The translations under genes were made by a program, and so were the position numbers. The notes under the pieces are model-generated. The model made no database searches. It was not told the DNA's origin and was given only the letters and a program-made list of their open reading frames with translations. Shown piece after piece: positions 55,360 through 64,000 of a stretch of 64,000 nt of DNA. The number at the start of each line of letters is the position of its first letter. The stretch's first letter is position 1. The stretch comes from a virus, in the IMG/VR virus record IMGVR_UViG_3300037512_001384, positions 6,442-70,441 of that record. One strand, written 5' to 3'.

Positions 55360-58152
55360 TTAATTATAGTGTGGTGACAGCTTACGCACTGTCCTTACCC
55401 GGTTTCCTTTCTGGAGCCAGTTGGGTACGGTAGCCTGCGTATGCTTGATGTCGAAAATCTCACGCATAAACAGAGCCTCGAAGAAGTCCGGTGAGTGACC
55501 TACGACGGCTTTGTTCTTCATCTGTTCCTTGTGAATAAGACACCATCCCTTATCGGCTTTTGACATATCCTGCTTGACGCATTTACGTTCAAGCTGCAGG
55601 ATGGCATATAATGTCTTGATCTCCTTTCCTATCTTGTATTTGCGCTGCAGCAGTGTCGGCTCGATGCTCCATCCGGACTGCTGTGTGCGCTCCGCGAACT
55701 TGTAAGCGCACTGTGACTTCTTGTTGTCATAGAGATGCTTGTCCTTGACGGACACAGCCTCCTGGTTGTTGAACGGTACGGCACGCGGGAACGCACCTTT
55801 GAGCACCTGTCCCATTCCGTTGAGGTCATAGGCGAAGTTCTCCTCCAGCACACCCCACTCACGCAGTTTCTCTTTCAGCATGGATGCGGTGGTGAAGGGG
55901 TCACGACGGCATACGAAGACATCGGCGACATGCCATCCTATCCACAGCCATGTGACGCAGTTGTCACCGCCGTCACCTGCTACGTCACAGGTGGCGCGAC
56001 GTATCTTGTCACCTACCATCTGTGAGTTCTTGAAGCAGGAATCGAGATGGAACGGCTGTATCATGTCATCACCCATCTTGATGATGTCCCAGTTACCGTC
56101 GAACTCACGGGCCCTGATTTCAGGAGGTTGGTTGAGCAGTGATGCTATATAACCCGGGTCGTTCTTGAGCAGCGCCTTGTTGTCCTTGAGGTTAGCCTTG
56201 ACGAAAGTGACCGATTTGACGAAGAAGGAGGTCTTGGTGTAGCCGTACTGCTCCCACTCGGGGTCCCATGCGTCATCAATCATCTCCTTACACTGCTCAT
56301 ATACCTCTTCGGGTGTGTCACCCCAGATGATGTTATCCACGCTATCATCCGGCATGTAGCAGTAACGCAGCACGCCGTCACGCTCCGGTATGGCGAACCC
56401 TTTGCGTTCCGGGTGTTTCTTACCGTCGAGATAGACGGTATCCTCCTTGCCTATCCACCAGTCCACGAACTTACGCAGCCATGACAGAGGGTCGGGGTTG
56501 CAGGTGCCGAGGATACGAGAATGGACACCGACGGTGTTACGGTTACAGGTCATCAGGAACTTGAACATCTCGAACGGCATCTGCGGCAGCTCGTCGATAC
56601 CGATATACGCGAACTGCTGTCCACGGAACTTTCTGTCGAAGTCCGCCATCGGCATGTCGTAAATGGTCAGTCCCAGCTTGGCTCCGGAACGGAAGTTCCA
56701 GGTCATATCATCCTTGGACTTGTTGTATCGTCCGAGTCCGGAGAACCAACGCTGGCTTTCGTTGATGATATTATCGAAGTCATCCTTGTTCCTTCTGAAG
56801 ATGTAACCATTAAAGTGCTTGTTCTTGATGTCATACATCGGTTCCATGAGCATTGTCACGGTATTGTGGTTGATGGTGTATGCATCGGTCAGATACAGGT
56901 GGTCACGTCCGGTGACGGTGATGCAACGGCACTGCTGCTTGGTATGATCCTTCGTTATGTACTGGATTTTCTTGGACAGCATGTTGGTGCATTGCGGGTT
57001 GGTCGGACATTCGGCGTTGACCCTGACAGTCCGGTCCGCTCCGCTGCCTTTCCTGAACAGTTCCTTGTCGTTCGGCGCCTTCATGGTGACGCGCCACCAT
57101 CCGAGGTAATTGGGTTCATCCTCTACCTGATGCACACGCGCCCATATACCCAGCGAGCGTGCGAGTTCAGCTATATCATCTATGAAATCCTTGTTCGGGA
57201 GTGTGATTATCGGACAGTTATGTCTTGTACGTCCGGAGCGTGCCATGATGCCAAGCAGGTATGACCATCTCACGGACACCGCTGCAGTCTTATACTCATG
57301 CGGTATGCGACAGGGCTCTTCCTGTCTGCAGCATGTTATCCTGCGTCTGTTTTCGTCGCTGATGCCGCGAATATAGAAGAAGCCGTCTTCTGCGTTGAGG
57401 TTGACCTTATAACCCCAAGCGCGGTATCTGACACGCATGAACTTGTCATCATCGAGGCGGATTCCCTTCTTGCCGAACTCCCATGTCCCCTTGCTGCTAA
57501 GAACGCCGAGCAGATACGGATGTATAGGCATATCGATGGCGGTCTTCTGCTCGTTCATCTCCACCTTGCCACAGAGCGGTATCTCCACATACTGTGTCTT
57601 ACCCCTACGCAGTGACATAGGGAACGGACGGTCTATGACGTAGTTGTCGAATATCTCACGTGCGGTCATCTCATGGTATATGTCACCTGCACCCACGCGA
57701 GCCCAGAACCGGTGGTTGTTCATGCATTTGAGTGTCGTGCCGTCATCGAAGTGTAGCGTGTATATCGTCTGCTCACCCTGCTCGAATATCTCACTGACCT
57801 TCTGAACGCCGTTGTAGGGCGTACATATAAGGTCGCCCACCTCCAGGTCGCCCATCCTGCGGAATCCCGAGGGTGTGGCTACCATAGTGCTGTAGGGGTT
57901 GGCTTTGCCGCCGCCCCTGTTGCCGCCGAACACCGTGATGTCCGCGACATTACCGAGTCCGAACTCCTGAGCGCCATCCTGGACGATGAAATATTTGTTT
58001 TTCTTGTCCGTTTCGGCTATCGTCCGAATATGCGGTAAAAAATCGTGACTAAAGATGTTCTTTCCATCCTTAGTACGTAACGCTGTCAAGCATGTTGAAT
58101 CCTGCATATTTCTTATACATTTTTGACAAAGATATTTCAGAACAAGTGTCAC
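55360..58152 (-). CDS. terL: terminase large subunit carrying an intein in the Walker A P-loop
   Basis: Extein P-loop FGGNRGGGK|...|T rebuilt across the insert; Walker B AYIGIDE; C-terminal nuclease-like region. The 930-aa ORF minus a 347-aa insert leaves a ~583-aa terminase. Confidence 0.8.
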   Translation of the reverse strand: MTLVLKYLCQKCIRNMQDSTCLTALRTKDGKNIFSHDFLPHIRTIAETDKKNKYFIVQDGAQEFGLGNVADITVFGGNRGGGKANPYSTMVATPSGFRRMGDLEVGDLICTPYNGVQKVSEIFEQGEQTIYTLHFDDGTTLKCMNNHRFWARVGAGDIYHEMTAREIFDNYVIDRPFPMSLRRGKTQYVEIPLCGKVEMNEQKTAIDMPIHPYLLGVLSSKGTWEFGKKGIRLDDDKFMRVRYRAWGYKVNLNAEDGFFYIRGISDENRRRITCCRQEEPCRIPHEYKTAAVSVRWSYLLGIMARSGRTRHNCPIITLPNKDFIDDIAELARSLGIWARVHQVEDEPNYLGWWRVTMKAPNDKELFRKGSGADRTVRVNAECPTNPQCTNMLSKKIQYITKDHTKQQCRCITVTGRDHLYLTDAYTINHNTVTMLMEPMYDIKNKHFNGYIFRRNKDDFDNIINESQRWFSGLGRYNKSKDDMTWNFRSGAKLGLTIYDMPMADFDRKFRGQQFAYIGIDELPQMPFEMFKFLMTCNRNTVGVHSRILGTCNPDPLSWLRKFVDWWIGKEDTVYLDGKKHPERKGFAIPERDGVLRYCYMPDDSVDNIIWGDTPEEVYEQCKEMIDDAWDPEWEQYGYTKTSFFVKSVTFVKANLKDNKALLKNDPGYIASLLNQPPEIRAREFDGNWDIIKMGDDMIQPFHLDSCFKNSQMVGDKIRRATCDVAGDGGDNCVTWLWIGWHVADVFVCRRDPFTTASMLKEKLREWGVLEENFAYDLNGMGQVLKGAFPRAVPFNNQEAVSVKDKHLYDNKKSQCAYKFAERTQQSGWSIEPTLLQRKYKIGKEIKTLYAILQLERKCVKQDMSKADKGWCLIHKEQMKNKAVVGHSPDFFEALFMREIFDIKHTQATVPNWLQKGNRVRTVRKLSPHYN
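56863..57903 (-). mobile_element. intein (Ala-1, class-3-like) with LAGLIDADG homing endonuclease domain inside terL
   Basis: Block A ANPYSTMVATPSGFRRMGDLEVGDLI; block B LKCMNNHRF; LAGLIDADG-like YLLGVLSSKG and SYLLGIMARSG; block F/G RCITVTGRDHLYLTDAYTINHN followed by +1 Thr, which completes GKT. Confidence 0.7.
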
Positions 58153-58261
58153 ATACGGTGTATTTCATTGGTAAAATGAAAGATTACCAAAATAAAAGCG
58201 CTTAGGAAAACACCAATCACTATAATTTGGCGAAAAATCTTTACAAATTATAGCAATTGGT

Positions 58262-59125
58262 ATGGAAAAAACAGCACTAATTCAGGAATTTAGGACCAGG
58301 CTTGGAGAAGACAACGCCAAGGTCATCAGTGACAAAACTTTCGACGGTATCGCCGATACAGTATTACCTCTCTTCGCGGATGACTCGAAAATCACCGAAG
58401 AGACGTGGAAGCTCCCTATCGCCATGCTGACTCAGTATGCAGGGCAGAAGCGTCACGATGAAGCCGAGTTCGCCAAGAAGTATCAAACCGAGTACGCCAC
58501 ACAGCATGAGCAAGATGTTGCCAAGCGTATCAAGGACGCAGCTGGCAAGGCTGTCGAGGAGTACAAGAAAGCTCACCCGGATAAGCCCGGTGGAGAAGGT
58601 GGCGACGGCGGTAACGGCGGCGAAGGTGGAAAGGACGATCTCAAAACAATGGTAAGTAACGCCGTAGCCGAGGCTATGAAGGGACTGACCGGTGACGAGA
58701 GCGAACTTTCAAAGGCACTGAAATCAATAAACGCATTTACGGCTTCACAGGCTGCACGGGAAAAAACCGACAACAAGAACCGCGTGAAGACCGAGCTCAT
58801 CAGCTACCTCACCGGTCTGGAGAAGGAAGCCCGCAAGGGTGGAGATATCCCGGCCGAGATTCAAGCTCTCATCGAAGATGCCGCTACTTACCTCGATTAC
58901 GGAGAAGACCCGAAGACTGACGCTCTCAAGCCCAGCATCAAGGCTTTCTACGAGAAGGAGTACAAGCGTCGCTACCCCAACGGAGGACAACCCTTCGGCG
59001 GTTCAAGCACCGGCGGTGGCGGCGGAGAGACGAACACCTTCGTCAAGGAGAAGATCGAGCAGCTGAAGAAGGAGGCCAAGGAAAGCGCGGACTACGCCAC
59101 CGAACAGGAGAAGACCTTCTGCTAA
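58262..59125 (+). CDS. scaffolding-like protein (acidic, Gly-rich, coiled-coil)
   Basis: 287-aa ORF upstream of the capsid candidates. Confidence 0.45.
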   Translation: MEKTALIQEFRTRLGEDNAKVISDKTFDGIADTVLPLFADDSKITEETWKLPIAMLTQYAGQKRHDEAEFAKKYQTEYATQHEQDVAKRIKDAAGKAVEEYKKAHPDKPGGEGGDGGNGGEGGKDDLKTMVSNAVAEAMKGLTGDESELSKALKSINAFTASQAAREKTDNKNRVKTELISYLTGLEKEARKGGDIPAEIQALIEDAATYLDYGEDPKTDALKPSIKAFYEKEYKRRYPNGGQPFGGSSTGGGGGETNTFVKEKIEQLKKEAKESADYATEQEKTFC

Positions 59126-59171
59126 TCCAGGGGGCAAACAAAAGGTTTGTTAAACAAAAACTCACAGAAAA

Positions 59172-59834
59172 ATGAGAACAGGAACTATCAACAACTATGT
59201 GAAGTTCAGCAAGAGCTTCGGTGGTGTCCGCAAGTGCTACGAGGGCAAGCCCGAGATCGTAGTAGGCGGTTTCTCCTGCGACAAGTCATTGATGCCGCTT
59301 GACGGCGCTGCAATGGCTGCTGGAACCCCCGTGCTCTATGACGAGCAGCTCCGCACCCTCGTTCCTCTCTACACCTTCCGTGTCCTGGATGTTGACACCG
59401 AAGAGAACACCATCAAGGTGGAGAAGTTCGAGACCGGTAGTATCGCCAAGGTCGGCATGAACCTCATCGTCGTGGGTGATGACCTGACCGCCGCCGCTGC
59501 AGCCGTCCTGACCATCACCGATATCGACAAGTCAGCATCAGACTATGACATCCTGACCGTTACCGGTCTCACCGGTGGCAGCTCAGCCAATGTCCAGGTC
59601 GGTGACATCCTCGCAGAAGCCATGTCTGCAGTGGTGAAGAAAGTTAAGGTCATACCTAACGGTCTCACCTATTGCGACAACGTGCTTGACAACGATGCCT
59701 ACGCCATTGACGTAGATCCCATCTATTTCAGCGTGCGCCCCGTCCTTGAGCGTCGTATGCCTCCTCTGACCGCCAGTCTGAAGAAGGCCCTCATCGAGAA
59801 CGGTTGCTACTTCAATTTCTCAAACCGCAAGTAA
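59172..59834 (+). CDS. hypothetical structural protein
   Basis: 220-aa ORF. Confidence 0.4.
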   Translation: MRTGTINNYVKFSKSFGGVRKCYEGKPEIVVGGFSCDKSLMPLDGAAMAAGTPVLYDEQLRTLVPLYTFRVLDVDTEENTIKVEKFETGSIAKVGMNLIVVGDDLTAAAAAVLTITDIDKSASDYDILTVTGLTGGSSANVQVGDILAEAMSAVVKKVKVIPNGLTYCDNVLDNDAYAIDVDPIYFSVRPVLERRMPPLTASLKKALIENGCYFNFSNRK

Positions 59835-59851
59835 ACAAAGGAGATTAGATT

Positions 59852-61015
59852 ATGAGAGACCAAAATCTTTATGGAATCAACGGTCTGCATCAGTATGTGG
59901 ACGCTGAGAGCTTCGGTCTGATCCTCGATAACGTCAACGCAAAGTACAACAATGCGATTTGGCGTCAGTTTGCTTCGTGGGGACAGCCGTCAAACGAGAG
60001 AGAGTGGAAGCAGGGTCTGAAGAAGACTCCTATCCTGGTACGTGCCAGCGTGCTCGGTACTCATTCCGAGAAGCCGCAGCGCTCAACCCAGGGTTGGGAA
60101 CTCTACGGAGGCACACTGCCCAAGGTAGGTCACGGATTCAGCATCGACCAGGATGACCTGATTGAGCTCCGTCGTTACAGCAAGGTCAATGACATCACCT
60201 TCGGTGAGGCCATTACCGACAGCTTCATACAGAACTCCAGCAACATGCTCGGAGGTGTACACAACGAACTCTCCTACATGACCCTCCAGGCCATGTCAAC
60301 AGGTGAGATTCACGATGTCGCCGTTGACGGCTACAAGTACGACTTCAAGTTCCAGATCCCCGAGGAGAACTTCGTAGCTCCCGACTCTGGCAAGGAGTGG
60401 TATGTATGGGATACCACCAGTGGCACTCCCAAGCTCGTCGCCAACGAGAACGCCGATGTCATCGAGGACATCTTGACCTTCCAGGATTACTACACCAACG
60501 TCCGCAACCTTGGTGTTGACCACTGGAAGCTGTCGAAGAACCTGCTCGACAAGATCGTGCTCCATCCGAGTGTCGTGAAGGCTTACATCGCCAGCAAGAA
60601 CTACTTCTCACCGACCAACGTGAAGGTGGTTCGCACCGATGTGCTGGCATGGATGCACAATGACATGAAGATATGGCCGTTCCAGGTCATCGACTTCAAG
60701 TCACGTCACGAGGAGGACGGCAAGCCCGTTGCCGATGCTCCCGCCTTCGATGAGCACAACATGGTAGCTGCCTCACGCGCTTACCGTCTCTTTGAGATGA
60801 AGTGCATGAACAGCGTCTATGTTGACCGCGTGAAGCTGGGTGGTCTGAGCGCTTCGGACCGCTATTCATTCGTTGAGGGACGTATCGCCGTGCTCAATAC
60901 ATGGCAGGAGCGTCCTATCAAGAACATCGTGGACTGCGAGCTCTTCGCCGGTCCTGTGTTCAACAACGTGAATGACTACGGCATCGCTACCGTATGGTAC
61001 GACTACGCCGGGTAA
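59852..61015 (+). CDS. major capsid protein candidate
   Basis: 387-aa ORF after the scaffold-like gene; assigned by size and position only. Confidence 0.45.
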   Translation: MRDQNLYGINGLHQYVDAESFGLILDNVNAKYNNAIWRQFASWGQPSNEREWKQGLKKTPILVRASVLGTHSEKPQRSTQGWELYGGTLPKVGHGFSIDQDDLIELRRYSKVNDITFGEAITDSFIQNSSNMLGGVHNELSYMTLQAMSTGEIHDVAVDGYKYDFKFQIPEENFVAPDSGKEWYVWDTTSGTPKLVANENADVIEDILTFQDYYTNVRNLGVDHWKLSKNLLDKIVLHPSVVKAYIASKNYFSPTNVKVVRTDVLAWMHNDMKIWPFQVIDFKSRHEEDGKPVADAPAFDEHNMVAASRAYRLFEMKCMNSVYVDRVKLGGLSASDRYSFVEGRIAVLNTWQERPIKNIVDCELFAGPVFNNVNDYGIATVWYDYAG

Positions 61016-61037
61016 TACTTTGACAATGTGATTTGAC

Positions 61038-61451
61038 ATGTCCGAACCCGAGGTACATATCTACACAGCTGAGGAGTATATCCAGAGCCTGTCACCCAAT
61101 GCCAACGTCAGTGAGAGCACCATGTCCGGTGTTCTCGCTGATGCGGGCATTAAGGCTGACACCGCCTTCGAGACCCTTACTGAGAAACAGAAGGACCTGG
61201 CTCAAGCCTATCTTTTCATTCGTTTCGCAAGCAATCCCATTCAGTCACAGAGAGTGTCTGACAAGGATGGTGACTGGGAACATTCGGAAGGTAGCGAGCA
61301 GTGGTCACGTTCGCAGATGCAGCAGTTCCTGTTGCTGGCACGTGACCTTTTGAAGAAGTGGGGTATCACTGATCAGCGTGTCGAGTCTCTTGCTCCCAAG
61401 TGGGGCATGAAAGGTAACGGTTTCCACAAGATACGCAGACCTATACGGTAA
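61038..61451 (+). CDS. hypothetical structural protein
   Basis: 137-aa ORF. Confidence 0.4.
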   Translation: MSEPEVHIYTAEEYIQSLSPNANVSESTMSGVLADAGIKADTAFETLTEKQKDLAQAYLFIRFASNPIQSQRVSDKDGDWEHSEGSEQWSRSQMQQFLLLARDLLKKWGITDQRVESLAPKWGMKGNGFHKIRRPIR

Positions 61452-61455
61452 AGCT

Positions 61456-61926
61456 ATGAGAGTCAACAATCCGCGATTTCCCCATACCTGCCGCATCACG
61501 CGCAACACTGACGAAGGTCCCATGTCAGACGAGTCGGTAGTCAGCAATCCCATGCTTGACGAAGACCCTATGGCAGACAGCGAACCGACGTCCGGCACTG
61601 GCGGTGACGAGACGCAGGATCCCGCGCAGGAAGAACCCACGCAGGAGGGCGAAGAGGTCAAGGAGGGAGATTCGGTCATCTATGAGGGCAAATGCCGCGC
61701 CTACGACAAGCATACGACGTCAGACAAGGGAGAGGTTATCACGTCATACCGTGCTCTCGCCTTGCCTCTCACACGGGACGACTGGCAGAAGCTGGGTGTG
61801 GTGCCGAGAGCAGGTGACATCATCGTTGTTGACCGTGGCGGTTATACCGAATATGGTTTTGTGCTGGATGCCAACCCAGCGAATTTCGGAGGGACACATC
61901 TGATTTGGAAATATGGCAGGAACTAA
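61456..61926 (+). CDS. hypothetical structural protein (acidic N-terminus)
   Basis: 156-aa ORF. Confidence 0.4.
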   Translation: MRVNNPRFPHTCRITRNTDEGPMSDESVVSNPMLDEDPMADSEPTSGTGGDETQDPAQEEPTQEGEEVKEGDSVIYEGKCRAYDKHTTSDKGEVITSYRALALPLTRDDWQKLGVVPRAGDIIVVDRGGYTEYGFVLDANPANFGGTHLIWKYGRN

Positions 61927-62458
61927 CGACAGTATCATAGACAAGGCTTGTAAGGATTACAAGAAGGCGATTTTCAACGAGGTTGAGAAGCGCTGTAAGT
62001 CTTTCTGCGATGACCTCTGTCTCAGGGCTATCGAGTTCCGTAAGTCCGCACCGGGTAAGCATGACTTCACCGGTAACTTGCTGACATCTATCGTGGTCTG
62101 TCTGTATCGCAACGGCAGACCGGTATATGCTTGTTACGCGGGTGACAGTCTCTCTTATCCCATCCAGGTCAAGATGACCGCTCCCAAGAAATATCACTTC
62201 AAGGTTGACTATGAGGGTGCTGAGAGTCATTACACACCTTCAGTGAAGACCGATGAGGGTTGGGGACCGGATGATGCGGTCAAGTTCTTCCAGTCGTACA
62301 GACCGGAGGGCAAGAACCTGTTCGACATCGTTGTGGCATACCCTGTTGAGTATGCTTCATGGGTGGAGAAGCAACGCAGCACCACCGGTATCCTGCAGAC
62401 CTATGCCTACGCCGAGCGCGTGGGTACTACCTTCCTCGGATTACCACGAGCCGCTTAA
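61913..62458 (+). CDS. hypothetical structural protein
   Basis: 181-aa ORF. Confidence 0.4.
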   Translation: MAGTNDSIIDKACKDYKKAIFNEVEKRCKSFCDDLCLRAIEFRKSAPGKHDFTGNLLTSIVVCLYRNGRPVYACYAGDSLSYPIQVKMTAPKKYHFKVDYEGAESHYTPSVKTDEGWGPDDAVKFFQSYRPEGKNLFDIVVAYPVEYASWVEKQRSTTGILQTYAYAERVGTTFLGLPRAA

Positions 62459-62470
62459 CACATTACGACT

Positions 62471-62887
62471 ATGGCAAGCAAACCGCTGATATACCGCATC
62501 TATGAGGATATGAGTGCAGCCCTTCTGACCGTCACGTCGAAGGTGTACTTAGGACGTCCCAAGACCACCGACTCCAATCTCTCGGAGTTCCTGGTCTTTG
62601 AGATTCCGACGGAGCTGCTGGGTATGATTGCCGGAAACGCCGATGTGCGGTCGGACTGTTACCCTCTCATCTCTGTCTATGTGAATGCCAAGAGCAACGG
62701 CACTCTCAACATAGGGGCACAGAGTAACCTCATTCAGAAGGTTCTCGACCTGTTTCCCATCAACGGGAAGCATATCGTAGCCAAGAAGCCGAGGATACTC
62801 ATGCGCGGCAATGATGACACGGGTTATCAGGTCACACAGATAACGTTCAAGCTGAGAACCAAGTTCAATGCGAGAACTATAGAGTAA
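62471..62887 (+). CDS. hypothetical structural protein
   Basis: 138-aa ORF. Confidence 0.4.
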   Translation: MASKPLIYRIYEDMSAALLTVTSKVYLGRPKTTDSNLSEFLVFEIPTELLGMIAGNADVRSDCYPLISVYVNAKSNGTLNIGAQSNLIQKVLDLFPINGKHIVAKKPRILMRGNDDTGYQVTQITFKLRTKFNARTIE

Positions 62888-62909
62888 TCAATCCAAAAAC
62901 TATACGACA

Positions 62910-63527
62910 ATGAAAAAGAAGATTCAACTGCAAGACGAGGTATTTGAGGGCATATCCTCAGTATTCGCCGTGAAGGGTGGTTTCGATTTCACCATCCCCA
63001 CTTCTGGTTCAGGTGCAGGTAAGGCTTCCGCAAGCATCAACAGCAACGACAGCAACCTGTTCGAGTTCCCCGTCTCTGACGAGTCAGGTTTCAACTTCGA
63101 CACCGGTGCTCCTACTGTTGACAACTTCAAGATCAAGGGTCTTGGAGCAGCTTGGGTGAGCACATTCACTCCTGGTGATGGCTCCATCACACTGGAGATC
63201 CCCTGCAATGAGACCAACATCATGGAGGCTTGCTTCGGCAGCGCTCCTGTTGAAGCCACCATCGAGCTCAAGAGCGGTATCCTGGGTAACAGCGCTGTCA
63301 GCTTCAAGGGCGCAGCCTTTGCAGCTCCTCAGAAGGCTGTTTACTTCGGTATGCTCATCTTGAACGACGCCGAGGACAAGCTGCTCTTCATCAAGAAGGC
63401 GAAGTTCATGGCTCAGGCCATCTTCGACGGCAGCAACAAGCCTCTGTGCGTGGTGCTGACCGGCAATCTCAGCGCAGCTGCCGATCCCACCTCATTCGGT
63501 GTGCTGACCAAGGTGGTTGCAGCCTAA
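62910..63527 (+). CDS. hypothetical structural protein (possible tail component)
   Basis: 205-aa ORF. Confidence 0.4.
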   Translation: MKKKIQLQDEVFEGISSVFAVKGGFDFTIPTSGSGAGKASASINSNDSNLFEFPVSDESGFNFDTGAPTVDNFKIKGLGAAWVSTFTPGDGSITLEIPCNETNIMEACFGSAPVEATIELKSGILGNSAVSFKGAAFAAPQKAVYFGMLILNDAEDKLLFIKKAKFMAQAIFDGSNKPLCVVLTGNLSAAADPTSFGVLTKVVAA

Positions 63528-63606
63528 GTGCTGTCGGGACCGATTCCTTAAAGGGTAGTGGCGGCGTACAACCACCGCTGCCCTTTAAAATTTCAAACGA
63601 GACGAT

Positions 63607-64000
63607 ATGCAACAGATAGATTACGTAGTACCGATGGTGTTCACTGATGACCCTGTATGGCAGGCGCAGTGTGCAGAAGCTATGGGACGTCCGGTGGAGT
63701 CACTGAATGAGTCACCGCGTTGGCGTAGCTGGGGTACGGAGGAGCTGCTGGTGAAGGCAATCCTCAAGTTCATGCCGTGGATACGTCGTATCCATATCCT
63801 GCTGTCCGGTGAGAGCCAGGTGCAGCCGTGGATGAAGGATTACGAGAAGGTCAACGTGGTGTTCCATAAGGATGTTATTCCCGAGGAGTACCGTCCGTGC
63901 TTCGTGTCACGCACAGTGGAGATGTTCCTTGGTTCCATCCCGGGACTGGCTGCGCAGTTTATATACGGCAATGATGACATGTATCCGTTGTCACCCTTGG
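63607..64000 (+). CDS. Stealth-CR1-like protein (3' end beyond window)
   Basis: IDYVVPMVFTDDPVWQAQ resembles Stealth conserved region 1 (DVVYTWVNGSDP); the ORF is open to the window end. Confidence 0.35.
   Translation, partial: MQQIDYVVPMVFTDDPVWQAQCAEAMGRPVESLNESPRWRSWGTEELLVKAILKFMPWIRRIHILLSGESQVQPWMKDYEKVNVVFHKDVIPEEYRPCFVSRTVEMFLGSIPGLAAQFIYGNDDMYPLSPL

Noticed and set aside
54554-57264. Plus-strand ORFs 54554-55357 and 56521-57264
   Set aside because: Antisense to the portal and terminase/intein coding regions, which carry recognisable motifs.

Overview
This 64-kb window is phage DNA, probably a Bacteroidota-infecting siphovirus or phage-plasmid. It is densely coded on both strands; all annotation comes from reading the ORF translations and the DNA, with no searches run.

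Layout, left to right:
- 1-26.6 kb, plus strand: an early recombination/replication/DNA-modification module. It holds RecT; a RecB-family nuclease fused to an FtsK-like ATPase; an SSB-like OB-fold protein; a lambda-O-like initiator with iterons and an AT-rich stretch inside the gene; a TOPRIM primase-DnaB-like helicase; five DNA methyltransferases; a Gp37/Gp68 protein; an HNH homing endonuclease; a PAPS-reductase-like protein; tRNA-Gln; and many small hypotheticals.
- 26.7-29.1 kb, minus strand: a small tyrosine recombinase plus a full FtsK/SpoIIIE-like translocase.
- 29.3-45.1 kb, minus strand: about 35 small, unrelated genes. Each is preceded by the same ~28-bp element abutting its ATG. One of them is an ArdA-like anti-restriction protein, so this is a candidate anti-defence island.
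- 45.1-46.0 kb: an ORF-free origin-like region with an AT-rich unwinding element, phased A/T tracts and TGTACCAAA-type iterons, in front of a P4/D5-type SF3 helicase.
- 46-64 kb: an SPFH lipoprotein, a two-domain glycosyltransferase, and a morphogenesis module (Mu-F-like protein, portal, large terminase with an intein, scaffold-like protein, capsid candidates, a Stealth-like fragment at the window edge).

Most striking finding: two DNA methyltransferase genes look phase-variable by site-specific inversion.
- The first MTase has its 5' half (start codon, DPPY motif) on the minus strand and its 3' half (FxGxG motif) on the plus strand, joined at perfect 13-bp inverted repeats. Inverting the 542-bp segment rebuilds an in-frame ~309-aa enzyme.
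- The second MTase is flanked as a whole gene by an 18-bp inverted repeat (one mismatch) and is currently antisense to its operon.

Other notable items:
- A class-3-type intein with a LAGLIDADG nuclease domain sits in the P-loop of the large terminase.
- The primase-helicase and the SSB-like protein both end in SSB-like acidic tails ending in VPF/IPF.
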